NCBI GenBank assembly: GCA_048937405.1
Contig: JBHLNF010000020.1
Coordinates: 1 to 45,047 of the forward strand
Origin: Promethearchaeota archaeon
GTDB lineage: Archaea; Asgardarchaeota; Lokiarchaeia; Sigyniarchaeales; SOKP01
DNA length: 45,047 bases
Direction: 5' to 3'
The notes beneath the pieces are model-generated. The model was not told the origin of the DNA. It made no database searches and was given only the letters and a program-made list of their open reading frames with translations. The position numbers were made by a program, and so were the translations under genes. Numbering within the stretch: position 1 is the first letter of the stretch; each line of letters begins with the position of its first letter. Positions 1-8,925 of the stretch are shown here, piece by piece.

Positions 1-1517
1 GGTACGCCTCCCCATCCCGTTAATGATCCATTACTCAGGAAGAAATGTTTTGTTGAAGTTGTATTGAAAATATACCATCTTTTATCGATTATGTTATCAT
101 CCCAAATTTCCACCTCAAATTCTGGAACTGTGGCATTATAATAACCACTGGTTGGGGATATTATCGTGATGGCGGGAGGGGTAATATCTTTATTAACTTG
201 AGTTAGAGCGGAATTTAAATTACTGACAGAGTCATTTGCAAAAAATGTTATATTAACAATTCCCTCTGGTAGAATATTCCAAGCAAGTTGATTAATAGAT
301 CCATTATCTTCAAAAAAATGTTTTGTTGTATTAGTATTTAAAGTATACCACGTTTTGTTTAAATTAGAATCTGAAATCTCAACGGTAAATTCTGGAGCTG
401 TTGAATTAAAATAACCACCAATGGGTTTTAATATATTTATAATTGGATCTTGTTTATCAACTCTAACTATAACGTCTTCTTGGTTTATTTCTCCTAATGA
501 GTTATTTGCATAAAATCTAATAGTTAATGTTTCTGTTTCATTAGGTATATTATTCCACATGTTCTGATCAAACGTTCCTGTAACATTTTCCTTCGCGATT
601 CCTTCTAATTCAATAATAGATGAATTTTCATCAATTTCTACAAATTCATACCATGTCCAGTTCGCTAAACCCTCTATAATGGTTATTGAGAAGTTTGGAG
701 CTGTTTTATTGAATAAATCATTGTTAATTGGAGAATTAATTTGAATAATTGGAGGCGTTGATAATTTTAATGATTTTTCATCGAAAATTAAGCGATCCTG
801 TATATTATTTGATTTAAATTCAAAAATTAAATCTTTAGTAATTGAAAAAAGGATTAGTAGAAAGAAACATAATCCTAATAAAGTATAGTATATACGTTCT
901 TTACTTCCCTTAAAATATCGTCTAAAAAAGATAAAGATATAAATTAATGACAACCAAATTTGAATTATAAATCCCAAAGTATTTGAATCAAGTGATTTAA
1001 TGCTATTACCAAGTGAAAAATTAGTATTCATTGGTTCAACAATATTTTTTTTAATCAACATATCTGCATGTCCTTCTTTTCCAAAAGAGTTAACAACATA
1101 AAATCTAATCGTTATATCTCCGTTAGATAATTTATTCCATAGATTTTGATCAAATGTATCTGATATATTTTCCTTGAGAATGCCATTCAATTCAATCGGT
1201 ACTGAAGTATCTCCAGTTTCTAAAAATTCGTACCAGAAATATTTTCCTATTCCATCAATAATAGTTATTGAAAAATTAGGTGCAATGTTACTAAAAGAAG
1301 CATAATTAATTGGTGAATTTATTAAAAGTACTGGACGAGGTGATGATTTAAAAGCAAATGCTCTATAAATTAATTTATCATTTGCACTTTCAGAATTAAC
1401 ACTAAAATTTGGTTTTATTGAAGATAGCAACATTAAGCTTAAGAAAAAACAAAATAATGTTGTAAGAAATATAATATGTTTTGACTTTTTCCTTTTAAAT
1501 TGTTTAAAATAAAGCAT
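1..1517 (-). CDS. Large membrane/surface protein with tandem Ig-like repeats (partial, runs off window start; absent from ORF track)
   Basis: Manual translation from ATG 1517: MLYFKQFKRKKSKHIIFLTTLFCFFLSLMLLSS..., with no stop found down to base 1. Four ~95-aa repeats of the form P.I.I.SP....F...AP.F.(I/V).I......WY......W......I.F(Y/F)AN and many NxS/T sequons. Confidence 0.85.
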   Translation of the reverse strand, partial: MLYFKQFKRKKSKHIIFLTTLFCFFLSLMLLSSIKPNFSVNSESANDKLIYRAFAFKSSPRPVLLINSPINYASFSNIAPNFSITIIDGIGKYFWYEFLETGDTSVPIELNGILKENISDTFDQNLWNKLSNGDITIRFYVVNSFGKEGHADMLIKKNIVEPMNTNFSLGNSIKSLDSNTLGFIIQIWLSLIYIFIFFRRYFKGSKERIYYTLLGLCFFLLILFSITKDLIFEFKSNNIQDRLIFDEKSLKLSTPPIIQINSPINNDLFNKTAPNFSITIIEGLANWTWYEFVEIDENSSIIELEGIAKENVTGTFDQNMWNNIPNETETLTIRFYANNSLGEINQEDVIVRVDKQDPIINILKPIGGYFNSTAPEFTVEISDSNLNKTWYTLNTNTTKHFFEDNGSINQLAWNILPEGIVNITFFANDSVSNLNSALTQVNKDITPPAITIISPTSGYYNATVPEFEVEIWDDNIIDKRWYIFNTTSTKHFFLSNGSLTGWGGV

Positions 1518-1921
1518 AATACCATTCACTTCTATCAATCTCTTTTAAAACATATAATTTACAGAATTAACATTTTGAAATTATTATGATTTTGTTTTAT
1601 CAAATACCATATGATTTTTTTATCGTAATTAAATCTGGATTGAAAACAATTTACAGTAGTGAATTTTTAGTATATATATATTGCTTTTTTCCCTTTATTC
1701 CTGGAACAAAAAGGAAAATCTATAAAATATATACTTTATTGACTCTACTAAATAATATAGAGCTTAATAAGAGGGAAATTTCAATAATTTTTCAATTAAC
1801 TCTATTTTAACTCTTTTTTTTCCCAAAACTTTAAATTTAGAATTTTTTTATTTTAATAAATAGCAAAAGCACATTGATTTATAAAGAAAAAGAAGCATTC
1901 TTTAAATAGTGGTGAAATAAA

Positions 1922-2038
1922 CTGAAATGGAAATGTGACAAATGTGGACATGAATTTGAACTTGATGATTTTCCTGAAGAGGGATTTAAATGTCCTGGAT
2001 GTGGAGATACAGATTGTACTTTTACTTTAGCAGACTAA
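1922..2038 (+). CDS. 38-aa rubredoxin-like/zinc-ribbon small protein (probable CTG start)
   Basis: Reads (M)KWKCDKCGHEFELDDFPEEGFKCPGCGDTDCTFTLAD*, with WxCxxCG and CPxCG knuckles. SD-like GGTGA at 1911-1915. In-frame TGA at 1913 leaves CTG 1922 as the only plausible start. Confidence 0.75.
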   Translation: MKWKCDKCGHEFELDDFPEEGFKCPGCGDTDCTFTLAD

Positions 2039-2230
2039 TATGATTTCTTAAAGTGAGTTTTTGTTTTCTCAAGTTTCTATTCATTAAATGAATCTTCTTG
2101 AAATTTATAGCTTATTAAGGGGGAATAAATTTAATCTATTAGCAAATATTTTTTCTGATATTTGTTGAACTATAACGTCCATTATACTGATATGTGAAAA
2201 TTTATAAGTCTAAAATTAGGTTAGATTTGT

Positions 2231-4291
2231 ATGAGATTTAATAAAAAAAACAAACAGGGTTTATTTTTACTATTTTTATTCCTTTCAATAACTACAAGTA
2301 TCTCATTTATTACGATTAAGCCAGAAAACAAGATTCCTGATAATAGTTCAGTTTTACTTAGTGCACCAGAGGATCCTTACGAATATAATGATATACCTGA
2401 AAATGCAACAGATATACGCTTTCTAGAAGCACAATGGCTTAGTTCTTACCTTGGAAATGGTTCACAGTGGAATGACGATTGGTATATGATCGATTTAGAT
2501 ATGAACGAAGAACGATTGAGGGTGGAATTGCTTTTTGATCATTCTGCTGGGAATATTAATATTGAAGTATATGATTGGAACTTTAATTATATGGGTGGAA
2601 ATAATTCAATGGATGATAATGAATATTTTGAACGAGATATTTTTCCAAACGGAATATACTATTTGAGAGTTTTTGGAGATAATACTGGAAATTCATATAA
2701 TTTATGGTGGGAAGACCTTATGCCATATGATGATTATATGGAAGAAAATGATGATTTTTGGTCCTCAAGCTGGGTTGAATCAAGGTATTATCATAGACTG
2801 AAGATTGTGGATTCGGATGAGGATTGGTTCAATCTCTATTTAAATTCTGGTGAAACTATTGATGTTAATATTTATTTCAAACACTTAGATGGAAATTTAC
2901 AGTTAGAATTGTATGATCCTTCTTATATCAGTCGAACTTACGATAATTCCTCTGATGATAATGCATTCATCTCTTTCACTTCTAATATGGATGGTGATTG
3001 GCGAATTCGAGTGTACCATGCTGATGCTAATTCTAGTGTGTATTATGATTTAGATTTAATTACTGGAGATGATTGGATGGAGCAAAATGATGATTATTGG
3101 AATGGTTACTGGATTAGTCCCAATTTTTATGACAATCTAGTTATTTTAGGTGGTGATGAGGATTGGTTTAATATCGATTTAAATAGCGGTGATACTATTG
3201 ATATTAGTATTTTATTCAATCATATTGCTGGTGATCTACAATTAGAACTATATGATCCAAATGATAACACAAATCCTAGAAGTACATCTACTAGTACAGA
3301 TAATGATGAGTTTATTTATTTTAAGGCTGATACTCCTGGAACTTGGCGAATTCGTGTATACCATGCTGGTGCTAATACTAATTTGCATTATGACATGGAT
3401 ATCTGGATGTATAAAGGAGATGAGTGGTCAGAGCCAAATGAATATAACAGTCATCCCGGAGATATATATGATTTAAGTGATGATGAAGGTAAATGGTTAT
3501 CTGAAATTCATGGATTAGCGATTCTAAGAGATGATGATTGGTATATGATTGAAATATATCCTGGATTTCAGCATTTAATGGTTAATCTTACATGTGAACT
3601 AAGCTCTCAAGGATCTATCAATATTAACTTGTTTAGATATAGGGATGAATATGGTCTTGATGGGAATCCAGTATATTCAAATCATTCTATAACAGGTGAT
3701 AATAAAGCTGTTATTAATTGTCCATACATAGATTGGGGTATATATTTAATTCAAGTTTATGGTAACTCCTTTGAGATGGAATATGATCTGTGGTGGGATG
3801 ATTTTCGTACTGATAATAGACCTGATGATAATTATGAAGAAAATGATAATCTTAGTAATGCTTATGATCTTTCTCGTCATGAAAATGAAGAGTTATTATT
3901 CATCAATGATACTGCTATATTTAGAGATAACGATTGGTATAGAATTCAAGTACAGTCTGGACGTGAACAACTTATTGTTTTGGTTAAATTTGATTATCAA
4001 GAAGGCGCTCTTGGTATAGAAATTTATAATTCGGAAGGTTCACAAGTAATTAGCAATTTCACAAATGAGGATAATGAGATAATTAATTATAGAGTTCCCT
4101 CAAACGGAACGTATTTTATCCGAATTTTTGGAGATACAGACGCTGGAAATATTTATAGTTTATCTTGGCACACTATGGACCCTAAAGAAGAAATGATACC
4201 TGGATATGATATATTTATTCTACTTGGAGTGATAATGGGAGTAGGTGTAGTTATTACTTTAAAGTGGAATAAAAGTAAGAAAACTCAATAA
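2231..4291 (+). CDS. Secreted surface protein with five tandem PPC-like (pre-peptidase C-terminal) domains and Loki-CTERM-type anchor
   Basis: N-terminal basic + hydrophobic signal; repeated D..E.N(D/E)...D.DW(F/Y)...G.(Y/W).(I/L)(R/Q)(V/I) units; C-terminal IPGYDIFILLGVIMGVGVVITLKWNKSKK. Confidence 0.85.
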   Translation: MRFNKKNKQGLFLLFLFLSITTSISFITIKPENKIPDNSSVLLSAPEDPYEYNDIPENATDIRFLEAQWLSSYLGNGSQWNDDWYMIDLDMNEERLRVELLFDHSAGNINIEVYDWNFNYMGGNNSMDDNEYFERDIFPNGIYYLRVFGDNTGNSYNLWWEDLMPYDDYMEENDDFWSSSWVESRYYHRLKIVDSDEDWFNLYLNSGETIDVNIYFKHLDGNLQLELYDPSYISRTYDNSSDDNAFISFTSNMDGDWRIRVYHADANSSVYYDLDLITGDDWMEQNDDYWNGYWISPNFYDNLVILGGDEDWFNIDLNSGDTIDISILFNHIAGDLQLELYDPNDNTNPRSTSTSTDNDEFIYFKADTPGTWRIRVYHAGANTNLHYDMDIWMYKGDEWSEPNEYNSHPGDIYDLSDDEGKWLSEIHGLAILRDDDWYMIEIYPGFQHLMVNLTCELSSQGSININLFRYRDEYGLDGNPVYSNHSITGDNKAVINCPYIDWGIYLIQVYGNSFEMEYDLWWDDFRTDNRPDDNYEENDNLSNAYDLSRHENEELLFINDTAIFRDNDWYRIQVQSGREQLIVLVKFDYQEGALGIEIYNSEGSQVISNFTNEDNEIINYRVPSNGTYFIRIFGDTDAGNIYSLSWHTMDPKEEMIPGYDIFILLGVIMGVGVVITLKWNKSKKTQ

Positions 4292-4296
4292 TAATA

Positions 4297-4320
4297 TTTT
4301 TTTTTTAATTTCTTTTTTTT
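4297..4320 (+). terminator. Oligo-T archaeal terminator candidate
   Basis: T10 and T8 runs immediately after the stop at 4291. Confidence 0.5.
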
Positions 4321-4447
4321 ATTAATTAAAGCTTATCATAGGTCAAGGATTCTTAAAAAATAACATATGATTATCTTAATTTTAAAAACTTTGATTTATT
4401 TAATCTATTTAATTTTATTGATCGCGTTATTATCTACTTTAAAAATT

Positions 4448-4651
4448 ATGAAAGAATGTAATCAAGAAAAAAGAAAAAAGAGTTGTACTTGTACCTATGA
4501 TTGTCATAGAAGAGGTAAATGTTGCGAATGTGTAGAATATCATCTTAATATGGATCAATTACTAGGTTGTGTGTTTGCTAAAATTTCTAAAGACGCAGAG
4601 AGATCATATAATAGAGATTTTAAATACTTCGCAAGATTAGTTTTGACGTAA
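4448..4651 (+). CDS. Small Cys-rich protein, DUF6485-like
   Basis: MKECNQ...CTCTYDCHRRGKCCECVEYH...GCVF pattern. ATG 4448 preferred over 4367 because the upstream extension is low-complexity AT-rich sequence. Confidence 0.7.
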   Translation: MKECNQEKRKKSCTCTYDCHRRGKCCECVEYHLNMDQLLGCVFAKISKDAERSYNRDFKYFARLVLT

Positions 4652-4673
4652 AGAAGTAAAATTATAATTTAGA

Positions 4674-5000
4674 GACGCTTGAGATTTGTACCCGCCCTTC
4701 TGTACTAGAACTCGTCACCAAGTTCAGCTGGAGCATCAAACTAAGCGGCCTACCTAAAGCTAGCTCCAAGTACTTTATCGCTTTCATTTGGCCTTGCACC
4801 AAGGTATTAGCTCGTTCCAACCATTCCTTCCAACAATTTCTCTGGCTTATATCCAAGTCATTAATATATGTTGAAAGGCAGTGTCGTTTCAGTTGCTAAA
4901 TTACGGTTCTCACCGTAGTAGTTATCTACACCTTGCTTGGAGAGTGGGGCGAGGTTCCTCAGCGAGTCAAGCTCACCGTCAGCTCCATATCTCACTCGTC
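4674..5000 (-). ncRNA. rnpB: RNase P RNA, archaeal type A
   Basis: On the minus strand: CR-I GAGGAACCTCGCCC pairs with CR-V ACAGAAGGGCGGG (P4). P1 GACGAGTGAGAT/ATCTCAAGCGTC; P2 TGGAGC/GCTCCA; P8 GTAG-ATAA-CTAC; P9 TACGGT-GAGA-ACCGTA; CR-II GCAACTGAAACG; P12 CCTTTCAACA/TGTTGGAAGG; GTGCAAGGCCAAAT...GGTAGGCC (P15/L15); P6 CTCCAAG/CTTGGAG; P19 GAACTTG/CGAGTTC. GC-rich island. Confidence 0.95.
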
Positions 5001-5022
5001 GTTTTTTAAAAGGTAAATTTAC

Positions 5023-5037
5023 TTTATAAATCTTTTT
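5023..5037 (-). promoter_or_regulatory. BRE-TATA promoter of rnpB
   Basis: Minus strand AAAAAGA-TTTATAAA; the TATA box lies 23-30 nt upstream of the predicted P1 5' end. Confidence 0.7.
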
Positions 5038-5176
5038 CTTCAAACGAGGAACTAATTAATTACTTTTATAAAAAAAGTTTTAGGTAAATTATAATTATCT
5101 TTTTCTTGAATTAATTATAAGTATTCTTTGTATTGAAATGTAAATTAATATAGATCTTAAATTTAGAGGATATTAA

Positions 5177-6550
5177 ATGAACAAACAAGATATTTTAATT
5201 CAACTACAAAACATAGTAGGTGAAGATTTTGTGTCTAATAGATCTGAAGAATTATATATATATTCTCAAGATCCTGGCGCGTCAATACCTCGTCCAATTG
5301 ATTTTGTTATATTACCTAAAACAGTCGAAGAGGTACAAAGCATTGTTAAGCTAGCAAATGAAAATAAGATTCCGATAGTTCCTATGGGTGGTGGATTAAC
5401 ACTCAGTGGATTAGTAATCCCTTTAAAAAGAGGCATTGTAATTGATATGAAACGAATGAATAATATTATTGAAATTAATACATGGAGTAGATACGCGGTT
5501 GTAGAAGCGGGAGTTACTACGGGTCAAATATTATCTTATCTGAATGAAAATTATCCAGATTTACAACCACCTATCCCTGATGCACCAACTTCAGCTACAG
5601 TTGCAGGAAATATGTTAATACATGGTTCTGGATATTTATCTCAAAAATATGGTTGTCATTCGTCTATGATAAATGGTCTTGAAGTTGTATTGCCAACAGG
5701 AGAAATATGCAAATTTGGGTCATGTGCTATTTCAGATTATTGGTTTTCAAAAGGACCTATTCCTGATTTAGTTGGTTTATTCACAAGTGCTTTTGGAACA
5801 ATGGGTATTGTCACAAAAATATCTATTAAATTATTTCCAAAACCAAAATTTAGAGATATGGTTTTTGGCTTTCTTGAAGGATTCACAGACTTACCGAAAC
5901 TTATATCGAAAATAACTTTTACTGAACTAGCTGAAGATATTCTGATCGCTAAAGGTGATGTCCCAGAAGTTTTCAAAAATTTTGCAATGTTGATGGTTTA
6001 TATTGTTGGAAATTCTGAAGATGAACTAGAATTTAAGAGAAAAACGATAGAAAAGATTTATAAAGAGTATAATGCTCGAGTTACTCCCCTTGAAGGAAAA
6101 GCTAGGGAACGATTGATGGCACAACCACAATACGGAGCAGCATTAGCAGCAGATTGGAGGAAGGGAGGTGGATTTGAATATGTTGGATCATTTATTCCAT
6201 TAGAAAAAATCCCAGAAGCTATTGAAAAGGGTACAGCAATATCTAGAAAGTATGGGCTTTTAACCTCTCTTCTCTTTAGGTTAATTGGTAGAGGTCATGC
6301 TGTAATGTTTTCTGTGACTTTCCCATTTAATCGTGCAGATCCTAACGATTTAATAAATACAAGGAAAGGATTGGAGGAAACTGATAAAATGATATTGGAA
6401 ATAGGAGGAATCCCCTGGAAAGCAGAATTTGCTGGTCAAAAATTAATACTAGAGAAAATAGACCCAAAATTTAAAGAATTATTTAAAAACATACGCAAAA
6501 TTTTTGATCCAAATGAAATAATGAATCCTGGAAATTGGGAGGTGAATTAA
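5177..6550 (+). CDS. FAD-binding oxidoreductase, GlcD/D-lactate dehydrogenase (VAO/PCMH) family
   Basis: P.TVEEVQ.IVKLA, PMGGGLTLSG, GLEVVLPTGE, GTMGIVT, terminal FDPNEIMNPG. Confidence 0.9.
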   Translation: MNKQDILIQLQNIVGEDFVSNRSEELYIYSQDPGASIPRPIDFVILPKTVEEVQSIVKLANENKIPIVPMGGGLTLSGLVIPLKRGIVIDMKRMNNIIEINTWSRYAVVEAGVTTGQILSYLNENYPDLQPPIPDAPTSATVAGNMLIHGSGYLSQKYGCHSSMINGLEVVLPTGEICKFGSCAISDYWFSKGPIPDLVGLFTSAFGTMGIVTKISIKLFPKPKFRDMVFGFLEGFTDLPKLISKITFTELAEDILIAKGDVPEVFKNFAMLMVYIVGNSEDELEFKRKTIEKIYKEYNARVTPLEGKARERLMAQPQYGAALAADWRKGGGFEYVGSFIPLEKIPEAIEKGTAISRKYGLLTSLLFRLIGRGHAVMFSVTFPFNRADPNDLINTRKGLEETDKMILEIGGIPWKAEFAGQKLILEKIDPKFKELFKNIRKIFDPNEIMNPGNWEVN

Positions 6551-6561
6551 TCATTACTATC

Positions 6562-7731
6562 ATGGATAAACAAGATTGGAAAGATATTGTTCATAGATGT
6601 TTTAGATGTGGCTATTGTAAATTCACACACAATTATTCTGATTTTAATTGCCCAAGTTATAAAAAGTTTCGATTTGAAACTTATAGTACAGGGGGAAGAT
6701 TATGGCTCATTTATGGTATAGTTAGTGGTGAAATTGAATGGAATGAATCTTTAGCGAATGTGCTCTATGCTTGTCCTACATGTGGAAATTGTACAGAAAA
6801 TTGTAAGTTTGAAAAATTTAATGATTTTCTTGTGGATATAATTGAAGCTGCTCGAGTTGAAGCAGTTAAGAATGGATTTTGTCCAGATAAACAGAAGATT
6901 CTATTAGAAAGAACTGAAAATCCAGAATTAAACAATCCATATGGTGAACCAAATTCCGATAATACTGATTTAAAAAAAAAATATAATTTACCAGATGAAG
7001 CTGAATGGGTTTATTTTATAGGTTGTACTTCTAATTATCGTCAAAAAGATTTGAGAAATGCAACTATAAGATTTCTCAAGAAAGCTCAGATTGATTTCAC
7101 TTTGATAGACGAACATTGTTGTTGTAGTCCTATTTTACGAACAGGTCAAATTAATCCTGTGAATGATATTATGAATTATAATATTACTCAAATAAATAAT
7201 GCTGGGGCTAGAAAAGTAATAACTTCATGTGCGGGTTGTTATCGAACAATGAAAAAAGATTGGATAAAATTAGGGGCGGATTATAATTTTGAGGTATATC
7301 ATACTGTTGATTTAATTAAGCAATTGTTAGATGAGGGTAGTATGAAAATTAAATCTGAATTTAAAAAAACACTTACCTATCATGATCCATGTCATCTCGG
7401 TCGTCATATAGGAAAGTATGATGTGCCAAGAGAAATCTATAAAAAAATTCCCGGAATTAATTTTGTAGAGATGAAAAGAAACAGAGAAAACGCCTGGTGT
7501 TGTGGAGCTGGGGGAGGCGTGAAGATAGGTTATCCAGAATGGTCAGTAGAAATATCAAAAGAAAGATTGGATGAGGCTAAAGAAACTGGTGCAACTATTA
7601 TCTCATCAATCTGCCCATTTTGTAGAACAAATTTATCAGATGCTAATGAAAAATATAATATGGGATTTGAAGTAATTGATCTAGTAGAGATTTTAGATCA
7701 ACTTGAAATTGAATATAATAAAAAAAAATAA
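6562..7731 (+). CDS. Fe-S oxidoreductase, GlcF/HdrD-like (two 4Fe-4S motifs + two CCG domains)
   Basis: CFRCGYC...CP and CPTCGNC...C; YFIGC, HCCCSP, TSCAGC, YHDPCHLGR, WCCGAGGG, ICPFC. ATG 6562 follows the upstream stop by 11 nt. Confidence 0.9.
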   Translation: MDKQDWKDIVHRCFRCGYCKFTHNYSDFNCPSYKKFRFETYSTGGRLWLIYGIVSGEIEWNESLANVLYACPTCGNCTENCKFEKFNDFLVDIIEAARVEAVKNGFCPDKQKILLERTENPELNNPYGEPNSDNTDLKKKYNLPDEAEWVYFIGCTSNYRQKDLRNATIRFLKKAQIDFTLIDEHCCCSPILRTGQINPVNDIMNYNITQINNAGARKVITSCAGCYRTMKKDWIKLGADYNFEVYHTVDLIKQLLDEGSMKIKSEFKKTLTYHDPCHLGRHIGKYDVPREIYKKIPGINFVEMKRNRENAWCCGAGGGVKIGYPEWSVEISKERLDEAKETGATIISSICPFCRTNLSDANEKYNMGFEVIDLVEILDQLEIEYNKKK

Positions 7732-7741
7732 TAAAATTTTA

Positions 7742-8770
7742 TTATATTTTTTCTCCTAAAGCCATTCGGGCTAAATCACTTAACATATAGTTTTTTAATC
7801 CTTTTCTTTCAACTTTAGATCCCAAAACGTCTTTACATGCTGGGCAATTATAAACACACGCTTCAGCATCATGGTCAATCATATCTTGAATATTTTTATT
7901 TTGAGTTGTTCTTGTCAAACCAGTTTTACCTAACGTTGCAAATATTCCTGCACAACATAATGCATTTTCTCTATCATATTCTCGTGCAACGCGTTCTACT
8001 CCTATTAATTCACAAATTTTATCAACCCATTCATCAGTTTCAGGGATAAATCTATTGGAGCAATTTCTTTGATAAGCTATTTTCATATTAAGTTTGGTCA
8101 ATTCAGATTCATGGTCTTTTAGATAGTTATATACATAATCAAAGAGATGAATCGGCTTGAATGGCACTTCAATGTTATTTCTCTGACAATAAGATGTCCA
8201 TAATCCATAACATTCATCATGCCAACAAATTAATTCCTTTATTCCATGTTTTTTTATATTCTCCGTTACTATTGGAAGTCTTTCTCTGATAACAGAATCT
8301 CTTCCATAATGATGAAACATTAAATTACAAAAGAAAGGACGACCACTAATATATTGTAAATCTTCAAACAATTGTCCCTTCATTTCTTCGGAATTAGGTC
8401 TTGAAAATAAACATTTATGGAAAACTGGCTTATTAGGATCGATTTCCTTCATTCTTAGTTCGCTAGGAGGTTCGAATTGTTTAATCGTAGATTCAAGAAC
8501 CTTTGGATTAATATTTAAACTATTATATTTTTCCTGCAATTCTGTTATTATATCAAATGGATGAGAATTAAATGGACAATACTCATCACATGCAAAACAT
8601 GTAACACAATCCTTCAAGACGAATGAATCTTTTCCATTATTTATTTTTTCCATTTCAATCCTAGCGGTCTTTTTATCAATATCTATATATTGACATCGCG
8701 TCAAACAGTCAATATTTTCACATTCAGAACAATGGGATTTGTCAAACATTTTTTTATTTTTTCTAAACAA
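7742..8770 (-). CDS. Fe-S/CCG-domain oxidoreductase subunit
   Basis: CSEC...CLTRC, CVTCFACDEYCP, C-terminal LCCAG and YNCPAC. Start is TTG 8770 or ATG 8749. Confidence 0.85.
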   Translation of the reverse strand: MFRKNKKMFDKSHCSECENIDCLTRCQYIDIDKKTARIEMEKINNGKDSFVLKDCVTCFACDEYCPFNSHPFDIITELQEKYNSLNINPKVLESTIKQFEPPSELRMKEIDPNKPVFHKCLFSRPNSEEMKGQLFEDLQYISGRPFFCNLMFHHYGRDSVIRERLPIVTENIKKHGIKELICWHDECYGLWTSYCQRNNIEVPFKPIHLFDYVYNYLKDHESELTKLNMKIAYQRNCSNRFIPETDEWVDKICELIGVERVAREYDRENALCCAGIFATLGKTGLTRTTQNKNIQDMIDHDAEACVYNCPACKDVLGSKVERKGLKNYMLSDLARMALGEKI

Positions 8771-8925
8771 TTAGTATTTTATCTATAAATTAGAAAAATT
8801 CATTATTGAGAAATTAAGAAAGAGTATTTAATTTTATTAAAATAATTATTAAAAGATAAATTGTTCTTTGAACAAATATTTCCGTAATTTTAAAAAAAAG
8901 AAAAAATAGATTATTTTATAATTAG

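Noticed and set aside
1586-1810. 74-aa ORF
   Set aside because: AT-rich low-complexity translation in a divergent promoter region with no motifs.
4367-4447. Hydrophobic N-terminal extension of the DUF6485-like ORF
   Set aside because: Likely translation of AT-rich promoter DNA; the Cys-rich family pattern begins at ATG 4448.
4662-5043. ORFs 4662..4856 and 4861..5043
   Set aside because: They overlie the RNase P RNA and its promoter and have no protein motifs.
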